A stretch of DNA of 64,000 nt, from NCBI GenBank assembly GCA_964500415.1, contig CAZCOB010000001.1:15204-79203 (forward strand), written 5' to 3'. The position numbers and the translations under genes are program-made. The notes under the pieces were generated by a model. The model ran no database searches. It worked only from the letters and a program-made list of their open reading frames with translations, and was not told the origin of the DNA. Origin of the DNA: an uncultured Dehalococcoidaceae bacterium. Its GTDB lineage: Bacteria; Chloroflexota; Dehalococcoidia; Dehalococcoidales; RBG-16-60-22. Positions 39,173-48,978 of the stretch are shown piece after piece. Numbering within the stretch: the first letter of the stretch is position 1; every line of letters starts with the position of its first letter.

Positions 39173-41023
39173 ATGGTTAGAGGAGGATATATGGGAAAGC
39201 TCCTGTGGATTGACCTTTCCACAGGAAAAATAGAAGTGGAACAGCCGGATGACAACCTCTACAGGGATTTTATCGGAGGCTACGGGATAGGTTCGCGATT
39301 ACTTTACAGCAGGATGAAGGGGGGAGTGGACCCGCTGGGGCCGGACAATATATTTGGCCTGATGACCGGTCCGCTAACCGGCACACCGGCAATCAGCGGT
39401 ACCAGGTATGCAGCCATGGGCAAGTCGCCGCTGACCGGCGGCTGGGGAGACGCCAACTCCGGAGGGCATTTCGGCCCCAGGCTCAAGTTTGCCGGCTTTG
39501 ATGGGGTGTTCTTTACCGGCATTGCGGACAAGCCGGTATACCTGCTGCTGGACAATGGCAAGGCCGAATTGAAAGATGCAGGCCAGTTCTGGGGCAGAGA
39601 TACGTACTATACAGAAGATACCCTCAGGGCGGAATACGGTGACGCCGCCGAAGTCGTATCTATCGGTCCGGCCGGTGAAAAACTTTCCCCCGTGGCCTGT
39701 ATTATTACCCGCCACGGGGATGCCGCCGCACGCTCGGGGCTTGGTACGGTAATGGGCTCGAAAAAACTAAAAGCAGTGGTTGCCAGGGGAGACCGGGAAG
39801 TGCCTCTAGCCGATAGCGAGGCCGCCAACAGAATCAGGAAAGAACACATGGAAGCTTCTAAAATGGCATTCAGCGGCATGAACGTTTACGGCACCTCGGG
39901 ACACGGAGACACGTCGGCTATGAGCGGCGATACCCCCGTTAAAAACTGGGGCGGGATAGGCGTTAACGAACTGTCTGATGTCTCCGGCCTCCATAAGGAT
40001 AAGATGATTGCCAATCTCGACTACAGGACGGGCTGCTGGCACTGCCCGTCGGCCTGCAAGGGCATCCTTAAAGCCGGAACGGAATACCCCTATCCGGCCG
40101 GCAGTAAAAGGGTGGAGTATGAGACTATCGGCGCTTTTGGTGCTAACTGTTTGAACACTAATGCCGAGGCAATAACCATGGCAGCCCACCTCTGCGACAG
40201 CTACGGTATGGATACAATCTCTGCCGGTAGTATCATCGCCTTCGCGATGGAACTGTATGAGCACGGCATTATCACCAGGAAAGACACGGACGGCATTGAC
40301 CTCAAGTGGGGCGACCCTGATGCCCTGGTTGCCATGACGGAAAAACTGGTAAAGCGCGAGGGAATCGGGGACATTCTTGCGGAAGGCGTTAACATTGCGG
40401 CAGAGAAAATCGGCAAAGGTGCGGAGGAATATGCGGTACATGCCGGCGGACAAGAACCCGGAATGCATGACCCCAAATTAAAAGGCCATCCCCTGCAATA
40501 TCCCCGCCACCCCACCGCCACCGTTTACAAGATGGATTCAACTCCGGGCCGGCACACCGGGGCTTTTGGACCAGACGGCTTTGAAAGGCATCTCAACAAT
40601 TCCATGGGTACCTGCCTGTTCGTTTATTTATCCCCTCTCCCCTCGAATCCCACGGTAGGCTCTCCTTACGCAGCTTCTATGATGAAAGCCGTCACCGGCT
40701 GGGACCGCTCCTGGGAAGAACTGCTCAAGGCGGGTGAGAGAATTGCCAACATGAGGCACGTCTTTAACCTTCGTGAGGGTATAAACCCCGTGAAGAGTTT
40801 TATGCATGACAGAGTGCTGGGCATTCCTCCCCAGCAGGAAGGTCCGCTGGCCGGGGTAACCATTGACGAAAAGTCGGAGAGCCTGTGGAACCTGGGAGCC
40901 CTGGATTGGGATTGGACAACCGCCATACCGAGTCGGAAGAAGCTGCTGGAACTCGGCCTCGACGATATAGCGGATGAGATTGCACCACCGCTGAAAGCGC
41001 CGGGCTTCGGGCCGTCAGGGTAA
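39173..41023 (+). CDS. aor: Aldehyde:ferredoxin oxidoreductase (tungsten AOR family)
   Basis: KSPLTGG, AARSGLGTVMGSKKLKA, CWHCPSAC, EYET, DSYGMDTIS, SMGTC (fourth FeS Cys). Confidence 0.93.
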   Translation: MVRGGYMGKLLWIDLSTGKIEVEQPDDNLYRDFIGGYGIGSRLLYSRMKGGVDPLGPDNIFGLMTGPLTGTPAISGTRYAAMGKSPLTGGWGDANSGGHFGPRLKFAGFDGVFFTGIADKPVYLLLDNGKAELKDAGQFWGRDTYYTEDTLRAEYGDAAEVVSIGPAGEKLSPVACIITRHGDAAARSGLGTVMGSKKLKAVVARGDREVPLADSEAANRIRKEHMEASKMAFSGMNVYGTSGHGDTSAMSGDTPVKNWGGIGVNELSDVSGLHKDKMIANLDYRTGCWHCPSACKGILKAGTEYPYPAGSKRVEYETIGAFGANCLNTNAEAITMAAHLCDSYGMDTISAGSIIAFAMELYEHGIITRKDTDGIDLKWGDPDALVAMTEKLVKREGIGDILAEGVNIAAEKIGKGAEEYAVHAGGQEPGMHDPKLKGHPLQYPRHPTATVYKMDSTPGRHTGAFGPDGFERHLNNSMGTCLFVYLSPLPSNPTVGSPYAASMMKAVTGWDRSWEELLKAGERIANMRHVFNLREGINPVKSFMHDRVLGIPPQQEGPLAGVTIDEKSESLWNLGALDWDWTTAIPSRKKLLELGLDDIADEIAPPLKAPGFGPSG

Positions 41024-41035
41024 TAGGAGGAAATA

Positions 41036-41965
41036 ATGTCAAAAGGGATAATTGTATACCTCTCTTATACCGGAAATACCAAGCAGATTGCCGAGGCTAT
41101 TTACAAAGGCATGAGTCCTGCAATTGACCAGTGCGACATTGTAAAACTGCGCAAGACAGACCCTAAGATTCTAACTGGTTACGACCTGATTGGTATCGGC
41201 AGCCCGGTACGACTCGGCAAAATGCCGTTCGAGCTCAAAGAATTTATCGCCGGTATGAATTCCCTGGAAGGTAAGCATTGTTTCGTTTTAAATACTCACG
41301 CCGCCCTTCCAGTAAATTTTATGCGGGAGGCAATAACCGCTCTAAAAGAGAAGGGGTTGGTCGTTATCGGTTTTAAAAACTGGTACTGTTCCGTCTATCT
41401 ACCCTACGTGCCCAAGCCGTACTTCACCGACGGACATCCGGATGACATCGACCTTAAAGAGGCCGAGGACTTCGGTCGGGAGATGGTCGAGCGCAGCCGT
41501 AGAATACATGACGGCGAGACCGACCTCGTCCAGAAGCTGCCTGAAGGCGAAGAGTACGATAAGATTTACGGCGGCATGATGATAGGTACGTTGCCTGCGG
41601 GTGTCATGGAGGCGCGAGCCCAGGGATTCAGCATCGACATGAATAAATGTACCCGCTGCAATTACTGCGTTGAGCTCTGCCCTACCAACAGCATCGATTT
41701 CTCCACAGACCCGCCGGTTTTTCATCCGTGCGAGCAGTGCTGGTTGTGCGAGCAGACCTGCCCTGAAGGCGCTATATCATTCAACTACCCGCCGCTCCAC
41801 AAATCTCACAACATCATGGTAGCGCAGAATTATGCTACGTCGCTGGAAGCCGCCGAGAAAGCCGGGCGTTTCCGTCCGCTGGTCAAACCCGAGGAGGTTG
41901 GCTGGGAAACGGCGCTGTACGTAACGAAAAAACCGCCGCGTTTTAAGCTTGCCGACCCTATCTGA
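41036..41965 (+). CDS. Flavodoxin-ferredoxin fusion (EFR1-like)
   Basis: SYTGNT flavodoxin loop, GSPV; CTRCNYCVELCP and CEQCWLCEQTCP. Confidence 0.88.
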   Translation: MSKGIIVYLSYTGNTKQIAEAIYKGMSPAIDQCDIVKLRKTDPKILTGYDLIGIGSPVRLGKMPFELKEFIAGMNSLEGKHCFVLNTHAALPVNFMREAITALKEKGLVVIGFKNWYCSVYLPYVPKPYFTDGHPDDIDLKEAEDFGREMVERSRRIHDGETDLVQKLPEGEEYDKIYGGMMIGTLPAGVMEARAQGFSIDMNKCTRCNYCVELCPTNSIDFSTDPPVFHPCEQCWLCEQTCPEGAISFNYPPLHKSHNIMVAQNYATSLEAAEKAGRFRPLVKPEEVGWETALYVTKKPPRFKLADPI

Positions 41966-42004
41966 TAAAAATATCAGGTAAAATTTAGTAAAAGGAGATA
42001 GATT

Positions 42005-42667
42005 ATGGCTGGTGAAACCTTGGAGGCGAAGGTCAGGGACCTGGAAGCGAAGGTTAAGAATTTGGAGACGGAGCTTACTGCCGTGCATGATATACAGGAG
42101 ATAAAAAAATTGCAGAGAACATACGGTTATTACCTGGATAATCGCCTGTGGGATGATATTGTAGACTTGTTTTCCGATAATACGGAGTCGCTGGAGATAA
42201 GCGATAGCGGTGTCTACCTGGGTAAAGCGGGGGTCGAGAGATTCTTCAAGGGTTTCCTGAGCGGAGGCGGCCTACCGCCCGGACGAGGGAGCCTGGGCAC
42301 CCACATGCAGCTTCAGGGCGTTGTCAATCTGGACCCGGGAGGCGATACCGCCAGGGGAAGATGGCAATGCGTTATTCTGCTGGCCGTGCCCTACAATAAT
42401 GAACTGACGGCAATGGTCGGCTTCGGCGTGTATGAAGTGGAGTATATCAAGGAAAACGGCGTCTGGGCGTTCAAGAAAATGCACTTCTATCTTATCTTCC
42501 GAACGCCGCTTCACGAAGGCTGGGCCATGACGCCGGTGGTTTATTCCATGGCCAGCGGGACTCCGGATAAACCTTCGACGGTCTACAAGCCGCTACCGGA
42601 TAGATATATCGTGCCGTTCCACTATAGCAACCCCGTAACCGGTAACGAACCGCGTATTACCTCTTAA
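42005..42667 (+). CDS. NTF2-like (SnoaL_4/LinA/BaiE-type) protein with N-terminal coiled coil
   Basis: DIQEIKKLQRTYGYYLD, TARGRW, YEVEYIKENGVWAFK. Confidence 0.85.
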   Translation: MAGETLEAKVRDLEAKVKNLETELTAVHDIQEIKKLQRTYGYYLDNRLWDDIVDLFSDNTESLEISDSGVYLGKAGVERFFKGFLSGGGLPPGRGSLGTHMQLQGVVNLDPGGDTARGRWQCVILLAVPYNNELTAMVGFGVYEVEYIKENGVWAFKKMHFYLIFRTPLHEGWAMTPVVYSMASGTPDKPSTVYKPLPDRYIVPFHYSNPVTGNEPRITS

Positions 42668-42705
42668 TTTCCGGGTAATAATACCGGACATGTGGAATTA
42701 AACAT

Positions 42706-42729
42706 TCAGGCGTTGCCCTTGACGCCTGA
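42706..42729 (+). terminator. Intercistronic stem-loop
   Basis: TCAGGCGT-N8-ACGCCTGA followed by TTATT. Confidence 0.45.
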
Positions 42730-42759
42730 TTATTCGTAAATTTATTACAGGAGGGTGAA

Positions 42760-43209
42760 ATGGCAGAGTCCAAATACGGGAAATATGTCATATCGAATCC
42801 GAAGATTGCCGAACAGCTGGCGCACCATTCCAAAGAAGCCGACTATCCCTGGAAAAACCCCGCCGAAGTCTATCTGGATGGCGAAATGGTGCCCGGATGT
42901 CCGGTGTGGTTCGACATTAACTGGATTTATGATACCCACCTGCCTTCCGTTCCAGGCTGGGTCAAGCCGCATAAACACGAGCAAAATGAGATACTCCTTT
43001 TTATTGCGACTAATCCGGAGGGCGACCTGGGCGGGGAAATCGAGATTACGATAGGCAAGGGCAAGGATAAAGAAAAACACAGCTTCAGCCACACCGCGGC
43101 TGTCTTCATACCGGCGGGGATAACACATTGCCCCATTGTTTATAAAAGTGTTGACAAGAATAAACCACAGATGATGATGGCCCTGTTATTTAATCCCGAG
43201 TACACATAG
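42760..43209 (+). CDS. Uncharacterised cupin-like protein, paralog 3
   Basis: HKHEQNE..ATNPEGDLGGEIE..EKH..IPAGITHCP. Confidence 0.8.
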   Translation: MAESKYGKYVISNPKIAEQLAHHSKEADYPWKNPAEVYLDGEMVPGCPVWFDINWIYDTHLPSVPGWVKPHKHEQNEILLFIATNPEGDLGGEIEITIGKGKDKEKHSFSHTAAVFIPAGITHCPIVYKSVDKNKPQMMMALLFNPEYT

Positions 43210-43292
43210 CATCGCTATCAAGTGGCTGACCGATAAAACCTATATTTACCGATATTTATTTTTAATAACCAGAATTTGAAAAGGAGCTTTTT

Positions 43293-44480
43293 ATTAAAAG
43301 ATTCCGTTTTCCCTCGTTTTCAGGATTTCTGATACTCTTTATCCTGGCCCACTTCATGCACCACCTCCTGGGGGCACTGCTGACACCTCTATTGCCGTTC
43401 ATCCGCGACGAATTTGTTCTTGATTACACCCAGGCAGGATGGTTGCTCTCTGCTTATTCGTGGTCATACGGCATCAGCCAGATTCCGGCGGGATACCTTA
43501 CCGAAAAAATAGGTCTGCGCCTGATTATGACCATAGGTATCTCGGGCGTGGCGCTTGTCGGGATAGTAATAGGCCTTTCGCCGTCTTACTATATAATGGC
43601 TGTCTTACTGGTAATTCTAGGGCTGCTGGGCGGCGGTTACCATCCGGCTTCGGCGCCTTTGGTTTCCGAACTGGTAGAACCGGAAAAAAGGGGCGTGGTC
43701 CTGGGAATCCACCAGGTAGGTGGTACGTGCAGCTTTTTCCTGACTCCCCTCATTGCGGTTGGAATCGCCGGCTACTTCGGCTGGCGCGGCTCGTTCGTCG
43801 GGCTGGCCCTGATTACGTTAATTTTCGGTATCATATTTTATATACTCCTGAGGCGCTGGAGGAGTGGCGGAAAATCCGAACCCGTACAAACCGAGAGTCA
43901 TATAATAACACCGCCCCCGGCGAATCATGCCCGCCACCTGATAGTGTTTTTAATCCTGGGTATAACCAGCTACGCCACTATCCTTTCCGTGATATCGTTC
44001 CTCCCGTTATTTGCCGTGGATTACCTGAATGTCAGTGAGGAAATCGGGGCAACCCTGTTAGCGATTGTTCACTTTGCCGGATTGCTGGCGGGTCCGCTGG
44101 GGGGTTACCTCTCCGACAGGTTCGGAATGGTTAAGGTGATGGTAATAACCGTCCTTATTGGCGGCCCCCTGCTTTACCTGCTGTCACTGGTGTCCTACGG
44201 ATGGGTTATTTACGTCCTGTCGTTTGCTATCGGCATGTCCATGTATATGACCATGCCCGTCGCCGAGTCATATATAATAGGATATGTTCCGGAAAAGAAA
44301 CGTCCCAAATTTCTCGGGTTCTACTACTTCGGCAGCCGGGGCGGCGGTGGCGCAATAACACCCATAATAGGTTATTTAATTGACCGATTCAGCTTTTCTA
44401 CCAGTTTCACCGTTGCAGGGGCCTTTTTAGTCGCGGTAACACTTGGTTGTATCGGCCTGCTATGGAAAAACCGGAGATAA
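43293..44480 (+). CDS. MFS transporter, paralog 2, probable ATT start
   Basis: YHP, GYLSDRFG; frame open to ATT at 43293 with AAGGAG 6 nt upstream; the ORF track starts it at 43356. Confidence 0.85.
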   Translation: MKRFRFPSFSGFLILFILAHFMHHLLGALLTPLLPFIRDEFVLDYTQAGWLLSAYSWSYGISQIPAGYLTEKIGLRLIMTIGISGVALVGIVIGLSPSYYIMAVLLVILGLLGGGYHPASAPLVSELVEPEKRGVVLGIHQVGGTCSFFLTPLIAVGIAGYFGWRGSFVGLALITLIFGIIFYILLRRWRSGGKSEPVQTESHIITPPPANHARHLIVFLILGITSYATILSVISFLPLFAVDYLNVSEEIGATLLAIVHFAGLLAGPLGGYLSDRFGMVKVMVITVLIGGPLLYLLSLVSYGWVIYVLSFAIGMSMYMTMPVAESYIIGYVPEKKRPKFLGFYYFGSRGGGGAITPIIGYLIDRFSFSTSFTVAGAFLVAVTLGCIGLLWKNRR

Positions 44481-44521
44481 GGAAACCGTTATGTTAAAAA
44501 ATATAAGGAGGGAATAAAGCA

Positions 44522-44953
44522 ATGGGTAAATATGACAAGTATTTTATGACGGAGGTTAAACTCCCGGCGGGCAAACAGAAGTTCGCCGATGAGTATGCCG
44601 GTACGTACTCTCACGTAGCCTGGCTGGACTCTAGCAAAATCGAAGGTGCGTTTTATACCGAGGTCGTCTGGTATTACAAGCCGAGGAAAAGCATAGTGGG
44701 AGCTCATACGCACGATTTTGACGAAGTAATTGCATTCTTCGGCAGCAACCCTGATGATATCCACGACCTGGGAGGCGAGGTGGAAATGTGGATGGGCGGC
44801 GAGAAGCATATCATTACTAAAAGTTGCCTTGTCTTTGTCCCCAGGGGGATGGAGCACTGCCCCCTGTCCTTCAACAGGGTTGACCGGCCCATCTTTCACT
44901 TCACGGCGGGAACCGGGGGTAAATATATATCGTCAATTGAAAGAGAAGATTAA
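44522..44953 (+). CDS. Uncharacterised cupin-like protein, paralog 4
   Basis: HTHDFDE..GSNPDDIHDLGGEVE..EKH..VPRGMEHCP. Confidence 0.8.
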   Translation: MGKYDKYFMTEVKLPAGKQKFADEYAGTYSHVAWLDSSKIEGAFYTEVVWYYKPRKSIVGAHTHDFDEVIAFFGSNPDDIHDLGGEVEMWMGGEKHIITKSCLVFVPRGMEHCPLSFNRVDRPIFHFTAGTGGKYISSIERED

Positions 44954-45009
44954 TCTACTGAATATATTTTAGTTATAACCCATAGGGCGCCGGAATAGGT
45001 TTAGCAGTC

Positions 45010-46227
45010 ATGAAACGTTTGCTGGCTACCATTGATTTTCAACGTTACCGACGGTTTGATACCAGAATCTGGATTATCACCGCCGTCGGTCTTCTTAACG
45101 TAGCCGGCTTTTCTCTCAGCCTGCCTTTCCTCTCTTTGTACCTGTACCAGGAACGCGGAATACCCATGACCGTGGTGGGGACTATCATCCTTATCAGCGG
45201 TCTCTGTTCCGCCGTAACCCAGATTTTCGGCGGCGTAATCTCTGACCGCCTCGGGCGCCGACCTCTGCTCATCGGCGCCGCCATGACGGCGGCATTGTTA
45301 TTCATAGCAATGGCAATCTTAATCGCTGCCGAGGCTCCGGTCTGGGCTATCGTTATCGTATATGCTACCGGCCAGTCGGCGATGATGATAACACGACCCG
45401 CCAACCAGGCAATGGTAGTTGATATTTCCCCTAAAAAACAGCTCGCGGAAGCTTACGGCATCCTTAGAGTAGGTATGAACCTGGGCTGGGCGGTTGGCCC
45501 GGCGATTGGTGGTCATCTACTGGTATTCTTACCCTACCCGTGGCTTTTCGGGGTAACGGCTCTGACGAGCTTTATCAGCTGCGGGCTGATATTTTTCCTG
45601 GTAAAAGAGTCATTCGGCGGAGCAGTGGAACAGGTAAACGTGCGGACTATTTTCCTGGCGGTCAGGGACCGGCATTTACTGAAATTCACTTTATTGAGCC
45701 TGCTGGTCTTTCTGGTAATGGGACAGATGATAAGCACTCTATCAATCTTCACTGTCGACCACGTGGGGTTTACCACGGCCCAATACGGCATGCTGCTTAC
45801 AACTAACGGCTTAATCGTGGTGGTATTGCAGTATCCCGTGGCTGTTAATGCCGGCCGGATAGCGAAATATAAAGCCCTTGCCCTGGGGGCCCTGTTTTAT
45901 GCGATGGGTTACCTGCTATTCGGCTGGGTCGGGAGTTTTACGCTGGCTATCATCGCCATGATAATCGTCAGCTTGGGTGAGGTCATCTTCTCCCCCGTAT
46001 CGCTCTCGGTTGTCGGGGAGCTTTCTCCGCAGGACCGGCGGGGACGATACATGGCGTTTTTCGGCCTGAGCGAGGGGCTGGGGTTCTCGGCGGCGTCGCT
46101 GCTCGGTGGGGTTCTCCTCGACGGGTTTCCCGCGAAACCCCTGTTTATATGGGGGACAATCGCACTTATAGCACTCTTGGCCGCGGCAGGTTTTCAGCGA
46201 TGGGGCAGCGCCAGTAAGCAGGCATGA
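45010..46227 (+). CDS. MFS transporter (different subfamily)
   Basis: GVISDRLGRR motif A; about 12 TM segments. Confidence 0.9.
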   Translation: MKRLLATIDFQRYRRFDTRIWIITAVGLLNVAGFSLSLPFLSLYLYQERGIPMTVVGTIILISGLCSAVTQIFGGVISDRLGRRPLLIGAAMTAALLFIAMAILIAAEAPVWAIVIVYATGQSAMMITRPANQAMVVDISPKKQLAEAYGILRVGMNLGWAVGPAIGGHLLVFLPYPWLFGVTALTSFISCGLIFFLVKESFGGAVEQVNVRTIFLAVRDRHLLKFTLLSLLVFLVMGQMISTLSIFTVDHVGFTTAQYGMLLTTNGLIVVVLQYPVAVNAGRIAKYKALALGALFYAMGYLLFGWVGSFTLAIIAMIIVSLGEVIFSPVSLSVVGELSPQDRRGRYMAFFGLSEGLGFSAASLLGGVLLDGFPAKPLFIWGTIALIALLAAAGFQRWGSASKQA

Positions 46228-46246
46228 AGATTGAAATAAGGGGGCA

Positions 46247-47305
46247 GTGATGAAAAAGAGAAAGAGGTTCAATATTATCGAATGCGGGGGTACTGCCTTT
46301 GATATTGGCAAGCAATACGGGACTGCCTGCCGGGACAGTTTTATTACTTCGATTAACTCCATGTTTGAAGAATACATCGTATCCAATAAAACCAGCCAAG
46401 AAGAAATAATCGCCACGTTGAGAAAATACATTCCCCTGGTGGAAAGCTTCGACCCCGATTTGCTCGAAATGCTCAAAGGCCAGGCGGAGGGCGCCGGGGT
46501 TTCCTTGGAAGAGATTTTCTTACTCAGGTGTAATTTCGAGCTGAGTTTTTATTATCAGCGCATGAAGACCTTTTGTACGTCCTTTGCCGTTACCGGCAGG
46601 GCTGCGAAAGACGGAAAGACGATTATCGGTCAGAACTTTGACGCCACCGTCGGCAGGACGATAGACCTTGTGAAAGTAACGCATGCCGATGGACTGAAGC
46701 AGCTGTCTTTGATTTTCTGGGGGGCCTGCGAGCTTACCTTGAACTCGGCGGGTTTGGGGATGGTCTTAAATGTTGTGGTGAGTCCGGTGGAGGAACAGCT
46801 TCTCAACCTGCCTGCCTGTTGTGTTATCCCGAAGGCAATGAGGCAAAAGAGAATCGGCGATGCCCTGGGAGTCTTCTGCGCCGCCGGACGCAGCATGATG
46901 TACTACTGCCTTGCCGGTAAGGAGGGTGATATTATCGGCATCGAAACCATGCCCGACGATTATAACGTGATACAGCCGGTTAAGGATGTACTGGCTCATG
47001 CCAATCATTATCATACCGACCGTTTTAAGAAGGGCGAACTGGTCTATATGGGCGCTCCGAGCAGCTACATTCGTGAGCCGCAAATGAGGAGGTTGATTGA
47101 TAAACATTACGGAAATATCACGCTGGAGCGGATGATGGAAATCATGTCCGACCATAATCATTACCCGAAGGGAATATGCAATCACGCCCTGGAGGGGTCT
47201 ACCGCGGAGACGCTGGCTTCGGTGATAATGGTGCCTGAAGATAACGCCATGTACGTAACCTGCGGGCACCCCTGCGAGTACGAGTATGAAGAATATAAAT
47301 TATAA
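46247..47305 (+). CDS. C45 family autoproteolytic acyltransferase/hydrolase, paralog 2
   Basis: TFCTSF, GQNFD, HANHY, GICNH. Confidence 0.9.
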   Translation: MMKKRKRFNIIECGGTAFDIGKQYGTACRDSFITSINSMFEEYIVSNKTSQEEIIATLRKYIPLVESFDPDLLEMLKGQAEGAGVSLEEIFLLRCNFELSFYYQRMKTFCTSFAVTGRAAKDGKTIIGQNFDATVGRTIDLVKVTHADGLKQLSLIFWGACELTLNSAGLGMVLNVVVSPVEEQLLNLPACCVIPKAMRQKRIGDALGVFCAAGRSMMYYCLAGKEGDIIGIETMPDDYNVIQPVKDVLAHANHYHTDRFKKGELVYMGAPSSYIREPQMRRLIDKHYGNITLERMMEIMSDHNHYPKGICNHALEGSTAETLASVIMVPEDNAMYVTCGHPCEYEYEEYKL

Positions 47306-47309
47306 GCTA

Positions 47310-48404
47310 TTACCCGCTTGGCCGGTCAGCGATATACGACAGCAGGCGTCCGGGATTATCTATCGTCATGGTATTAACCTGCGTTTCCGTGACTCCCTGC
47401 CGCAGCATTACAGGTACGATGTTGCGCAAAATATGGGCGTAACCGAACCCGCCGTAAGCAGTCAGGAGTACCTTTAAAAAGGTATCGTGGGACAGGAGAA
47501 TGTGCTCCAGGTACCCTTCGGCGATAAGCTGCATTATGGCGTCGATGCGTTGCGACTCGCCGGGGAAACTCATCACGCTTTCACCAAGCAGGAAGGGCGG
47601 GAACAGGTGGCCGAAGGTGTCGAACTCGATGAAACAGCCGGCATCGGCAATGCGGCGGGCGGTATCCAGGTTTAAACCCATGATGTCGATATGGCAGATG
47701 ACCGTCCTGTCCGGTCGGCCGCCGTTCTCCCGTAAGATGTGTAGTATCTCCTGTATTAGCTGGTTGTCCAGGCCGGGCGGGTGAATCGTCAGGGGTGCCC
47801 CGGTCTGGCTTTGAGCCGCCGCACAGGCACGCAACAATCGGCGCTCATCTTCACGCAGGGCGGGAGTCAGGCCTATCTCGCCGATGATGCCGGCGCATAT
47901 TCCGGTATCATCAATACCCACGGTCAGGTCGCGCACGAGCCCATCACAAAGTTGTGCCTCGGTCAAAGCGGCTACCTCTGTAGAATACTGTAGTCCCATG
48001 TAGTAGCCGGTGCCCATGATTATGTTAAGGCCGGTAGCCTGTGCCAATCGTTGCAACCCCAGAGGATTATCACCACCGACGGGTCTGGTACTGACATCGA
48101 CAATGGTGTTGCCCCCGGCCTGTTTGTAGGCCAGAAGCTCTTTCGTCAGAACAGCCTCATCCGGTGATTGCAGGCAGTCCAGGTTACTTAAAGCATGCGC
48201 GCGTACCCAGGCAAGGTTTTCGAGTGTGACCGGAGCGTTGGCCAGCCGCTTTTCGGCCGGTTCGACCGGCTCAAAGTAAAAATTCTCCCGGGCGTCAACG
48301 AAGATATGTTCATGAGGAAGGGTTATACCCAGCTTATTGGCATCAACCGGTCCCGTGACCGTTTGAGCCTTGAGAGACTTATGCGTTGTTATCGTTATTT
48401 CCAC
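47310..48404 (-). CDS. Phosphotriesterase-related protein (Php family)
   Basis: LGITLPHEHI, IGEIG, TIH, ICH, LSHD. Confidence 0.9.
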   Translation of the reverse strand: MEITITTHKSLKAQTVTGPVDANKLGITLPHEHIFVDARENFYFEPVEPAEKRLANAPVTLENLAWVRAHALSNLDCLQSPDEAVLTKELLAYKQAGGNTIVDVSTRPVGGDNPLGLQRLAQATGLNIIMGTGYYMGLQYSTEVAALTEAQLCDGLVRDLTVGIDDTGICAGIIGEIGLTPALREDERRLLRACAAAQSQTGAPLTIHPPGLDNQLIQEILHILRENGGRPDRTVICHIDIMGLNLDTARRIADAGCFIEFDTFGHLFPPFLLGESVMSFPGESQRIDAIMQLIAEGYLEHILLSHDTFLKVLLTAYGGFGYAHILRNIVPVMLRQGVTETQVNTMTIDNPGRLLSYIADRPSG

Positions 48405-48570
48405 CTCTTTCTTATTGACTTACCCCCGGTATTGGTAACACTTTTCGGGGTAGATATTTACTGTTTGTTTTTAATAAAGTATATCACGTTTTATTACCCA
48501 GGTGATTAACCTCATGTTATACTAATTCCTTACGTGATATTGAAACCTCAAAGAAGTTTATAGTGGATTA

Positions 48571-48714
48571 TTATTTCTCTTTGCTCTCACGCTTCGTTCG
48601 CTTGCTGACCTCGTCGGCCTTGGCGATGACAAAAATCATTGTCCCCAGCAGTACCAGGAAAATCCCTATACCTATCGGGCTTCCCCAACCCAGTATCATC
48701 ATTAAATCTCCCAT
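48571..48714 (-). CDS. Small single-TM protein, 47 aa
   Basis: MGDLMMILGWGSPIGIGIFLVLLGTMIFVIAKADEVSKRTKRESKEK; AAGGGAG RBS. Confidence 0.65.
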   Translation of the reverse strand: MGDLMMILGWGSPIGIGIFLVLLGTMIFVIAKADEVSKRTKRESKEK

Positions 48715-48939
48715 TTATATATCTCCCTTCTTAAATAAAATATTGCCCCGATTATACCTGCCAGTTCAAACCCGAGTCAAGTAACCTCCCCCATTTTACG
48801 ATGAATTGTTTTTAAAACCAAACAAAGCTGTACTTACCATAAATCTAAAATCAATACAAAGTTATTCCTCCCCCCCACCACGAAGGAATTGTTTCCCTTT
48901 ATAAAAGTCCTTGGTTTTCATCGTTCCTTATATCGTAAA

Positions 48940-48968
48940 TTGTCATCGCTCTACCCCTGTGCTAGAAT
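48940..48968 (+). promoter_or_regulatory. Sigma70-type promoter of dprA
   Basis: TTGTCA-N17-TAGAAT with an extended TG. Confidence 0.65.
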
Positions 48969-48978
48969 TAAACTTGCT

